A DNA stretch of 64,000 nucleotides from Antedon mediterranea (lineage: Eukaryota; Animalia; Echinodermata), in contig NC_092671.1 of the NCBI RefSeq assembly GCF_964355755.1, forward strand, positions 39,070,304 through 39,134,303, read 5' to 3'. The number at the start of each line of letters is the position of its first letter. Position 1 is the stretch's first letter. Below, one piece after another: positions 54,465-63,437 of this stretch. The notes under the pieces were generated by a model. The model made no database searches, was not told the DNA's origin, and was given only the letters and a program-made list of their open reading frames with translations. A program made the position numbers and the translations under genes.

Positions 54465-57400
54465 CCATACTAAATACGACAATTTTAAGGCAAAATACTT
54501 AGGGAATTCAGATAATATTGATTTGTTACTTAACGACAGAAATTACGTTAAAGGAAATTTACCAGATGGTAGAAATGTTTTAACTTTATTTGACAGTGGT
54601 TCAACTAGAACTATAATCTCACAATCGTACGTTAATTCCTCACTTTATTTATCGCGTTTAAAGCCAGTTAAAGTGAACACAACTAAATTTCGATTAGGTA
54701 ACGGTGACTTCTTATATGCCAACCACTTAGTGCAATTCGAATTATTTATCCAAGGACACAAATTTAAAATTTCAGCATTAATCGTTAAAAATTTGACAGG
54801 TATTGACCTGATACTTGGAACCGAAACATTGTCTGAACTCGACGGTACTTTAAATTTTAAGGAAAACACATTTCGCATTAGACCAAAGATTTTTAGCTTT
54901 CGTCCAGTACACAAGATTTTTCTTAAACCCAATGATACTAAAACAGTTAAATTAAAAGGAAGGGTTCCCGCCTTTGTACGCAATTCTGATGTTGTTCTAC
55001 ATGCAACCACCCCTATTTCAAAACTTTGTCCATCAGATATGTTAGTAAAATTACATAGAGGAGAAACCAACATTGATATCACTAACAACACAAACAGAAA
55101 CGTATCTCTAAATACACATCAACCTATCGCGAGCCTTCACTTAACCAACCTTGTAACAGTTACTAACGACCTACCAATTGATAGAATAAAGTTGACCAAT
55201 GACAACGCAAACAAGTACCCACATTTAGAACGTACAGACCCATTGCTATCTTTAACCGAGGAAGAAATAATTAGAAAACAAGTTGATTTAACAGACAGCG
55301 TTTTAACACATAGAGAAAAAGAAGATTTGTATAAAACCTTACAACAAAACAGAAACGCATTTTCACTTTATGGTGAACTATCTAGCTGCCCAAACTTCAA
55401 AGCTGACATACACCTCTCTAACGATGAACCATTTTTTATTCGACCATACTTCGCGACAGACAAAGACAAACATGTTATTGAGGCCGAATTAAACAAATTA
55501 GTCAAATTAGGAATCTTAGCAGCAGGACACCAATCGTATACTTCCCCTGTCCTTCTTGTTTCAAAGAAAAATTCAAAAGATAAAAGAGTTGTCACAGACT
55601 TTCGCTATCTAAATTCCAGGATAAAACGTATTAATCACCCATTCCCATTATTAGCCGAAACTCTGAAAACAATAGGTAACGCTAATGCACAGATTCTTAG
55701 CGTAATTGATTTGAAATCAGCGTTCCACTGTGTACCATTAGCCGAACATGCCCAACAATACACAGGTATAGCTTCATATCATGGTGGAAAACATTATTAT
55801 TATAAGAGATTAGCACAAGGATTAAACGTTTCACCAGGTATATTTCAAGCAAAGATTGACGAAATTTTAAATGAAATCCCAAATTCTAGAGAATTCTGTA
55901 TCGCCCATCATGATGATATTATTTTATTTAGCCAAGACAAATTTGCTCATAAGCAGCACCTTGTTTCCGTTTTACAAGCCCTACAATTAAATGGTTTTAG
56001 AATTTGTCCAAAGAAATGTAAGTTATTCAAGAATAAAGTGCAATATATGGGACACACCATCCTGATTAATTCTTCAGGACACGCATGTATCACACCATTA
56101 GGCGACAGGTGTGCAGCTATCCGAAATTTGCCAGTCCCACGAACCCATAAAGAAACTAAACGATTTATTGGTGCAGTAAATTATGTATCCCATTTTTTCC
56201 CTCAAATACAATCAATTTTACGTCCGTTACACACACTCGCAAGCAAACGCCGAAAATTTGTTTGGTCTACTGACCACCAGAAAGCATTTGACGAAATTAA
56301 ACAATTAATGGTTAAACCACCAACTCTTCAAATGCCTAGAAAAGAAGGTAGATTTACGCTATATAGCGACACTTCAAGAACCGCGACAGGTTCATATTTA
56401 ACACAAACAGTAAACGGTAAAGAACACATAATAGGTTATTATTCCAAAATCTTACCACAAGCCTGTCAACGATATAGCGTCACAGAATTAGAGTTATTTG
56501 GACTTTACATTAACGTTTCAGCATTTCGACACTTACTAAAGGGTTGCGAATTTGATGCATTCGTAGACCACTCAGCAATTGTACAAATTTGGAATTCAAA
56601 AGATCAGCCATGTACACCCCGTTTACAGAAACTAATATTACGATTGTCCGGATACATTTTCCAAATTGGTTATAAGAAAGGAACTGAATTAGTTTTAGCA
56701 GATTTTCTCTCCCGAGCCCCTCGTGATGATGATTCCGAAATTGATCAAGTTGTACCCATTGCATTTAATATTACAGAGACTGAATCTCTTAACCCGATTA
56801 CAAACACATCTACTAGCAGACCAGTAACAAGGTCATACGCCAAGCAAATGGGAATAAATATACCTGACCTACATAAACCCAAACCAGTACAAACGCCCGT
56901 CATTAATCAAAACCCAGTGACAACAAACACGCGACCTACACCTCAACCTACCGCTACACCACAGATAATCACGAGACAACAAACAAACGCACATCGATCA
57001 CCGCCTATCATAACGCCACCTATCGTAACGCCACCCCCAATACGTAATAAAAACATTCGACAACCTCCAGAGGAACGACTAGTAGACAAAAATAAGCTAA
57101 GCAAAGATACTACACATCGAAACGTACCAGTTGAATTATATACATCGCCCAAACCACTAGTACCAAACATAACTGAATTTAAGTCAGCACACATCCCAAA
57201 ACAACAAGACTTAGATAGATTAATGGATGTTATTCAAAGAAAGATAATTAGAGATTATAACCTCCCAGTAGACGTTAAACAATTACGTGTTGAACAAGAA
57301 ACTTCACCATTTTTTAAGCCAGTTTACGATTATTTAGCTCATGATATCCTTCCAGCTGATAAGAAAGCAGCTCGTGCAGTTCAGAATAAGTCAGAGCAGT

Positions 57401-59136
57401 ACATATTGTGCAACGGTTTACTATTCCGTTTATTTTTCCAAGATAAAGGTGGAGAATTTGTATTGCAATTAGCTGTTCCTGAAAACTTAGCAGAGACTGT
57501 TATTTCTCAGTATCACGACAATTTGTTAAGTAGCCACCAAGGTACGATGCGTACTTACCTTACTATTAGGAAATTATTTTACATGCCTCTTATGTTCGAG
57601 AAAGTAAACAATTATACCCAAGCGTGTCTTAGATGTCAACAATTTCGTCCCAAAACCGATAAATTACGTCCTTTACACGATCGAGTACCAGCAACTTACC
57701 GTCCCTTTCATACACTCAGTCTAGATTTTAAGAGTATGCCAACATCACCTTCAGGTTTTAAACATATAATGGTAGTATGTGATGAGATAACTAGATTTTT
57801 GATTTGTGTACCTTTGAAATCCATTGATGCCGAAACAATTTGTGAAGCACTAATTCAAAAGGTCATCAGTATTTTTGGACCCCCATCTCGTCTTATTTCA
57901 GATGCAGCAACCTCCCTTACAGGAAAATTATTAACACTATTATGTAACACCCTTAATATTGATAGGAAAATCATCAGCGTCCACAATCACGGTAGTTTAC
58001 AAGTTGAACGTCATATCCGCACCGTATCGGACCTGTTAAAGGTCAACCTTAACCAATTCGGAACAGATTGGGTTAGATTTGTATCAACAACATGTTATGC
58101 TTATAATTCTTTCTCATCCCCACATCTAGGAAACCACTCCCCTTACGAATTAGTTTTTGGCCGCCAACCTCCAAGTTTGACCTCATTAGCATTTAACCCT
58201 ATTTCAGGATTGTCTCATTCCTATGAAGAATACTTTGAACATCTCAAGAAGAAATTTCAAAACATTTCACAGACAATGCTACAATTACAGCGAACACAAC
58301 AAAACGTCCAAAACTCAAAGATTTCCCAACGATTAGAAAAAAGTCCAATTTACTCAGTAGGACAACTCGTATATTTATACAAGCCAACATCATCATCACT
58401 AACAGCAAATTCAAAGAAAATCGCCGCAGAATGGGTCGGACCATTAGTAATTCATGAAGTACTAGACAGAACACACTACATCCTAGCGACGATTAAAGGA
58501 GAAATACTTCGCGACGTATTCAATTATAACAGACTGAAACCCTGTTTTATGAGATCGCCTAAAGAACGCAAAAATTTTACACATCTACAAAAACTTAAAC
58601 AATTGTTGAATGAACCAACCGATGATAATAACGAGAAAATCCAAAACACCATTAATGTAGTAAATGACGAAAGCAATGTTGAATTTGTAGACGAACATGA
58701 TAGGACACCAGCCCAATTGCAATCAGATACCCTTACACATCCAACTAAGATAGAACCCCTTAACTTGCAACCTTACATTGACTGTGTAGAGAATAACATG
58801 GGATTAGCAGCCCCATTCCAAATGAAAGAAGAACAAATTAAGGAACAAACTAATTTAATTATGACAGCACCTAATGATTCAAGTATGACATTAAACCGAG
58901 GTAGATTTAAAGCAGGACATTTCCAAGTTTTAGTTTCATATTCTAAACCGACTTCAGCCAAACGCAACACCGATAAAACAAAACAAGAATCTAATGATCG
59001 CAAATTTTGGTGGAATATTGACAGATATAACGATACAGATAAATTAATTAAAGAGATCATTAATGATAAACAGATACTGATAAGTGGATCGCCAAAACGA
59101 TTCATAAAACGTTTGTATAATGCAACAAGTTACTGA
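54421..59136 (+). CDS. pol: Pol polyprotein (protease, RT, RNase H, integrase), expressed as gag-pol fusion
   Basis: Protease LFDSGS; RT IDLKSAFH, RLAQGL, AHHDDII; RNase H YSDTS, YSVTELE, VDHSA, ADFLSR; integrase HHCC (YHD..SHQG..CLRC), D-D-E (SLDF, ISDAA, QVER) and WVGP. No internal stops. Confidence 0.97.
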   Translation, partial: GFLKRGLDAAYNLAPHTKYDNFKAKYLGNSDNIDLLLNDRNYVKGNLPDGRNVLTLFDSGSTRTIISQSYVNSSLYLSRLKPVKVNTTKFRLGNGDFLYANHLVQFELFIQGHKFKISALIVKNLTGIDLILGTETLSELDGTLNFKENTFRIRPKIFSFRPVHKIFLKPNDTKTVKLKGRVPAFVRNSDVVLHATTPISKLCPSDMLVKLHRGETNIDITNNTNRNVSLNTHQPIASLHLTNLVTVTNDLPIDRIKLTNDNANKYPHLERTDPLLSLTEEEIIRKQVDLTDSVLTHREKEDLYKTLQQNRNAFSLYGELSSCPNFKADIHLSNDEPFFIRPYFATDKDKHVIEAELNKLVKLGILAAGHQSYTSPVLLVSKKNSKDKRVVTDFRYLNSRIKRINHPFPLLAETLKTIGNANAQILSVIDLKSAFHCVPLAEHAQQYTGIASYHGGKHYYYKRLAQGLNVSPGIFQAKIDEILNEIPNSREFCIAHHDDIILFSQDKFAHKQHLVSVLQALQLNGFRICPKKCKLFKNKVQYMGHTILINSSGHACITPLGDRCAAIRNLPVPRTHKETKRFIGAVNYVSHFFPQIQSILRPLHTLASKRRKFVWSTDHQKAFDEIKQLMVKPPTLQMPRKEGRFTLYSDTSRTATGSYLTQTVNGKEHIIGYYSKILPQACQRYSVTELELFGLYINVSAFRHLLKGCEFDAFVDHSAIVQIWNSKDQPCTPRLQKLILRLSGYIFQIGYKKGTELVLADFLSRAPRDDDSEIDQVVPIAFNITETESLNPITNTSTSRPVTRSYAKQMGINIPDLHKPKPVQTPVINQNPVTTNTRPTPQPTATPQIITRQQTNAHRSPPIITPPIVTPPPIRNKNIRQPPEERLVDKNKLSKDTTHRNVPVELYTSPKPLVPNITEFKSAHIPKQQDLDRLMDVIQRKIIRDYNLPVDVKQLRVEQETSPFFKPVYDYLAHDILPADKKAARAVQNKSEQYILCNGLLFRLFFQDKGGEFVLQLAVPENLAETVISQYHDNLLSSHQGTMRTYLTIRKLFYMPLMFEKVNNYTQACLRCQQFRPKTDKLRPLHDRVPATYRPFHTLSLDFKSMPTSPSGFKHIMVVCDEITRFLICVPLKSIDAETICEALIQKVISIFGPPSRLISDAATSLTGKLLTLLCNTLNIDRKIISVHNHGSLQVERHIRTVSDLLKVNLNQFGTDWVRFVSTTCYAYNSFSSPHLGNHSPYELVFGRQPPSLTSLAFNPISGLSHSYEEYFEHLKKKFQNISQTMLQLQRTQQNVQNSKISQRLEKSPIYSVGQLVYLYKPTSSSLTANSKKIAAEWVGPLVIHEVLDRTHYILATIKGEILRDVFNYNRLKPCFMRSPKERKNFTHLQKLKQLLNEPTDDNNEKIQNTINVVNDESNVEFVDEHDRTPAQLQSDTLTHPTKIEPLNLQPYIDCVENNMGLAAPFQMKEEQIKEQTNLIMTAPNDSSMTLNRGRFKAGHFQVLVSYSKPTSAKRNTDKTKQESNDRKFWWNIDRYNDTDKLIKEIINDKQILISGSPKRFIKRLYNATSY

Positions 59137-59814
59137 TTTAATTTTTTGCAAAATTATTTTTAAATTACGACATTTGCTAAATCATTGATAGCATAGTCTA
59201 CGTATTTGATGAGATTTGTTTAGTAATGATGTGATTTCAGTTAAAAGAGAATTGAATTTATGTTTAAGTATTGATTTTGTAACGAGTTTGATAATGATTA
59301 ATTTTGAATTTTGATGATCGATATATTGAGATATTGAAAAGAACGACAATCATTTTGTAACAAATATTTTGTTTAACCTTTGAGTCGTTAATCTCAAGCA
59401 TTAATTAATTGATATACAATAACAGGAGATTTTCTTAGTACTTTTAATTGTAATTTTTTTAACATTGAGTACAAAAGTCGAATTTGCCGACCGATTGAAA
59501 TCGTAATTACCTGTAAATATAAATGCTTAAATCGATAAAGTTGTGACGATAACGATATATTGTGGATAAGTTTGTGTCAACGGGACAAACACATTTGTTT
59601 CTTTTAAAGTTTTAAGTGATTAAGTTTGATATTTGATTTTAGGCTAATCAGCCACAGTTTCTTGAATTTTACGTTTTGATTTGATTGATTTATATTTGAA
59701 GGCCATTAGAACGCGATAAGTTGTCGCGCTATTTGATATATATTCATTGTACATATTCTCTAAGTTCTTTAAATTTGACCAATTGACGTTTGATTAACGC
59801 TCGAGGGAGGAGTA

Positions 59815-59895
59815 GAGCCAATTACGAGCTATATATATAAACAACCGGATGGGCAGACTATAAATAAGTCGCACGAGCGTATCAAATATACAGTA
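59815..59895 (+). promoter_or_regulatory. Candidate internal Pol II promoter for ORF3
   Basis: CCAAT at 59818, TATATAAA at 59834, TATAAA at 59859 and CAGT at 59891 (~30 nt after TATA). Confidence 0.5.
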
Positions 59896-60065
59896 TTTAC
59901 TGTCGAATTATAAGTTAATTTACTTTTGTGAGATTGTTATAATAGTTGAACTTAAAATTTTATTGTTTGAGTTTTATATTGTTTATTTAGTTTAATATTG
60001 TTTCTTTTAAATACATTTTAATTTTATTTATCGTAATTTTAGTCAATTCCAAATTTCCCCCTAAA

Positions 60066-60941
60066 ATGGAATCCGAAAAGCTTGACGTTACACAGTTATG
60101 CTTAAAACACAAAATTCAAATGACGCCCCTGTCCACAGAATGTGCCCTTATAAAGAAGATAATCCTTTACCAAAGCGAACAAAACGTAATTCTCCATATT
60201 ACCAAAACGATGCCATTTACTTTAGATTCCTTGAAAAGAGTTTTATTATTCCTTTGCGACATCCGTCCAGCAGACCAACTGACAAACCTCAAATTAAATA
60301 CCCTTTTACACATTGGCAGTTATTTATGTTGTTTCGACAAAATGTCCTCCCCCATTATAGACAACATTTGGAAGCATAAGAGTGAACCAGCCCTACTTGA
60401 CTTTTCCACAATCGACCTTTCCATTAATCTAGACGGCATCGCCACTTGTATACCAAACACACATGAATTTCACAGACAACATATTTATTCTATGACCCTC
60501 CTGCTCTTAGCAATTACAAAAGACATCAAAGCCCCACAATGCACAACATTTTTTTCAAGAGTCCGACAACAAACAGGCATCATACCCCAAGACGAATTAA
60601 AACCTAGCGAACACTCACCATTTGGATATGTTGTAACTAAATATAAGAAAAAACTATATTCGCACATTCGTAACATGCAGTACCTGGAAAATAAATACCA
60701 AGATACCCCCTGCCAAATTTGTCAATGTAACCCCGAAATTAAAAACTTTCATACTGACTGTACAATCAACAAATGCTGCGGAACATTGTTTCACAAAAAT
60801 TGCCAACAAATAAACAAGAAATACCAATGCTTGAATTGCGGTATGGTATATTTGAATGAGATGCCTTACACTGCTACCTACATGTTGGACGACGGCACAC
60901 TGTGGACTACATCCCATTATTATCGATTATTATATGATTGA
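60066..60941 (+). CDS. Retrotransposon ORF3, 291 aa, unknown function, C-terminal C4HC3 RING/PHD-like zinc finger
   Basis: Uninterrupted ORF with a good start context (aaaATGG) and the same A/C-rich composition as gag/pol. Pattern C-x2-C-x17-CC-x4-H-x2-C-x8-C-x2-C. No signal peptide or C-terminal membrane anchor evident. Confidence 0.8.
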   Translation: MESEKLDVTQLCLKHKIQMTPLSTECALIKKIILYQSEQNVILHITKTMPFTLDSLKRVLLFLCDIRPADQLTNLKLNTLLHIGSYLCCFDKMSSPIIDNIWKHKSEPALLDFSTIDLSINLDGIATCIPNTHEFHRQHIYSMTLLLLAITKDIKAPQCTTFFSRVRQQTGIIPQDELKPSEHSPFGYVVTKYKKKLYSHIRNMQYLENKYQDTPCQICQCNPEIKNFHTDCTINKCCGTLFHKNCQQINKKYQCLNCGMVYLNEMPYTATYMLDDGTLWTTSHYYRLLYD

Positions 60942-61369
60942 TTTCAATTTATCCTTTATAAATTTTTTTTCTATTTCAAATAATTAACGAGAGTCGACTT
61001 CTTGACCGATGTTTTTTAGGGAAACCCAACCGTTGTGATGTTTATATTTCGGTAATCCGAGTGTAGCATGCATCCAAAGCAACGGACCCACAATTATGTC
61101 GATCTTGAAGAACACTTTTGTTTTTTTATATACATTTTTTGTTTCAAATTTTATATAAATTCCGGAATTTTTATACCAAATTCATTTTTAATTTCATTTT
61201 TTTAAGAGAGAGAAGAGAGAGAGAGAGTGAAAGTGATAAGGTTACACTTCAGAGTCAATGGTTTTGGCTAACTCAATTTTTGCTTATATGTATAATAATG
61301 TTTTTTTCTTTTATATAACTTTAATTTTGCATGCCACTATTATAACCATTTTTATATGTTAAATAGATT

Positions 61370-61397
61370 AGAAAAAAAAAAAAGGGAAATAGAGGGA
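61370..61397 (+). promoter_or_regulatory. Polypurine tract
   Basis: agaaaaaaaaaaaagggaaatagaggga immediately before the 3' LTR. Confidence 0.9.
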
Positions 61398-62020
61398 TGT
61401 GATATAAAGATATACTTTTATATTTAAGAAATTGACCTTTGTATCGGAATTTAAATAGGTTCACAAACTTGACCCAGAAAGTCCAAAGGAGAGTTTGTCC
61501 AGATGTTTTAATGACCATTTAGTTTATAATAGAATCCCTAAAGAAAACACTTAGCTTAATTTTGTGACTTTCCCATCGTTAAACCAGGAGTGATCGACAC
61601 TATTTAAGTACAGATTTGACAGTGTCATCCATCACAGAAATACCTTATTATACCGTTAATCACTCCCACTTAAACACCCCTGGATCAACTTAGGACCAAT
61701 CGTTACCCTCTAATATTACGTAGTGACATTATGCAAATGAACTGAGCCAATATACTCCCAAGTTTCAGAAGGGCCCAGACACACCTTACAGCCACCTCAC
61801 GGAGCACACACCTTACAGCCACCTCACGGAGCACACACCTCACAGCAGACCTACACACTTCACACCTCACCGACAGCATCATTGAATGTCCGTTCCTTAT
61901 CTATACTTATAGTTGTATATTGTACTGAAGTATTATACTGAATAAATAATATATGTGTTACGACAGTCAAGCGAGTCAGAGTCCTTCTTTAGTACCTCAA
62001 CAACCCAACATTATATTACA
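61398..62020 (+). repeat. 3' LTR (623 bp)
   Basis: Identical by eye to the 5' LTR except for four differences in the final ~40 nt. Confidence 0.98.
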
Positions 62021-62567
62021 ATAATAAAGATCAGAGTCAGTAATTCTGTTATTATTAGTTTCTTCTTTGCATGATTTTATAACTAACTCTTTGGCCGTGT
62101 TTCCGCAGACATAAACAAAATTATCGGTAAATCATCGATTCATTTTGGCTATGGAAACATGGCCTTAGATACTCACATACAATTAGTCTCGTGTAAGCAA
62201 GAAAGAACTTGAGATAGCAAAACACTCATTTTGTGTTCATTGTGAGAAGACTTTGGCAGCTCGGTGCGCAGTGCTTCAGCAGTGTATGCATCACATGTCA
62301 TATATCATCACCATTGATTGGTTAAGCTGTCAATTCTAGTTATCATAAATTTCCTCAGTCGTATATCGTCAATTGTCATCAACATTATTATATAACATAT
62401 ATGCATTATAGTCGTATCAACAATTGTAAGAACAAACATCGAACAAATTAATATGTGTGTGTGTTTTATTTTCTAAAATTAATCAACTAAAAACAACATA
62501 TGATTGATTCCCGATTAATAGTACGGTACAGACTTAATTACAGTACAGAATCAATTTAAATAGTTAC

Positions 62568-62929
62568 GCGTTTTAAACACTAAAACAGATTTTAATGTAA
62601 AACAAGTTAGAATATGAATTGTTTTATCGATCTAATTTAAGTTTCACAGTGCAGTAGAATGATAATGTCAATTAAAAATGTTATTTTCGGTTCTCAACAT
62701 TCTTATTCGGCTTTTGTCGGCGGCGGCCGGCACTACTCGTTACTTTTTTTGCGTGTTTAAAACGCTAAAACAGAATTTAATGTAAAAAAAAGTTAGCCTA
62801 TGAACTGTTTAAATTGCTTTATCAATCTAATTTAAGTTTAAAGTAGAATGATAATGTCAATTAAAAGTGTTATTCGGGTCTCAACATTCTTATTCGGCTT
62901 TTGTCGGCGGCGGCACTACTTTTCTTGCG
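62568..62929. repeat. ~185-bp tandem duplication covering the lectin stop codon and 3' UTR
   Basis: ctaaaacaga..agtagaatgataatgtcaattaaaa..tctcaacattcttattcggcttttgtcggcggcggc occurs twice. Confidence 0.85.
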
Positions 62930-63437
62930 GCAACTCGCACACGTAGTAAATCTGTTGTTCGCATCCCCAGTCATTCCAGGTTCCGCTGTCTGGATCACCA
63001 CTGCTTTGATGCGCACAGTCCTCGCCGCCGGAATTATCAGGTTGACCTGTTTTCCAATTGGTATATGTCGCAACATCGCCGGAATCCTTCCACGTCCAAT
63101 TGCCCTCAACGTCACTATCCGTAAGACCAAGCCAGAAAGTGACGTCATAGATTGCAACCATATTACCAGTAGTCGACTTCCAAAGTTCGTATACGAATAA
63201 GTCTTCGGCTTCACTTCGGATGGAGACGAGATGACCAACGTCATGATGATTGAAAAATTCGTGGCAAGCGTGTTCGGCCTCATGATAGGTTTTTTTGGTT
63301 CCGAAGGCACGATAACAACTTTCTTGAAATGGAACCCAATGTGGTAGGCATGGTGGGTGGCATGCCGGGTGACCCGACTCTGCCGAAACAGCTTCAATTG
63401 CGGCTAAAGCAGCGATAACACTCAAAATCAATTTCAT
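62916..63437 (-). CDS. Secreted C-type lectin (echinoidin-like), galactose-type QPD/WND motifs
   Basis: Signal peptide MKLILSVIAALAAIEAVSA, long-form CTLD cysteines, HLVSI, FWLGL, QPDN, EDC and WND. Single coding exon, with a splice acceptor (tttag) 4 nt upstream of the ATG. Confidence 0.95.
   Translation of the reverse strand: MKLILSVIAALAAIEAVSAESGHPACHPPCLPHWVPFQESCYRAFGTKKTYHEAEHACHEFFNHHDVGHLVSIRSEAEDLFVYELWKSTTGNMVAIYDVTFWLGLTDSDVEGNWTWKDSGDVATYTNWKTGQPDNSGGEDCAHQSSGDPDSGTWNDWGCEQQIYYVCELPQEK

Larger units (their letters stand above)
52165..62020 (+). mobile_element. Full-length Ty3/Gypsy LTR retrotransposon with a third ORF
   Basis: TG...CA LTRs at 52165-52788 and 61398-62020. ATAA on both flanks (52161-52164 and 62021-62024), extendable to ATAATAA. 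PBS-like TGG directly after the 5' LTR and a polypurine tract before the 3' LTR. Domain order gag, PR-RT-RH-IN. Confidence 0.98.

Noticed and set aside
53794-59105. Antisense ORFs within gag/pol
   Set aside because: Short shadows of the sense coding sequence with no independent signals.
60066-60941. ORF3 as an envelope gene
   Set aside because: No signal peptide, cleavage site or C-terminal transmembrane anchor; it ends in a Cys/His finger.
62867-63397. Overlapping ORFs of 175, 99 and 85 aa at the lectin locus
   Set aside because: Alternative-frame shadows of a GC-richer coding exon, with no recognisable motifs.
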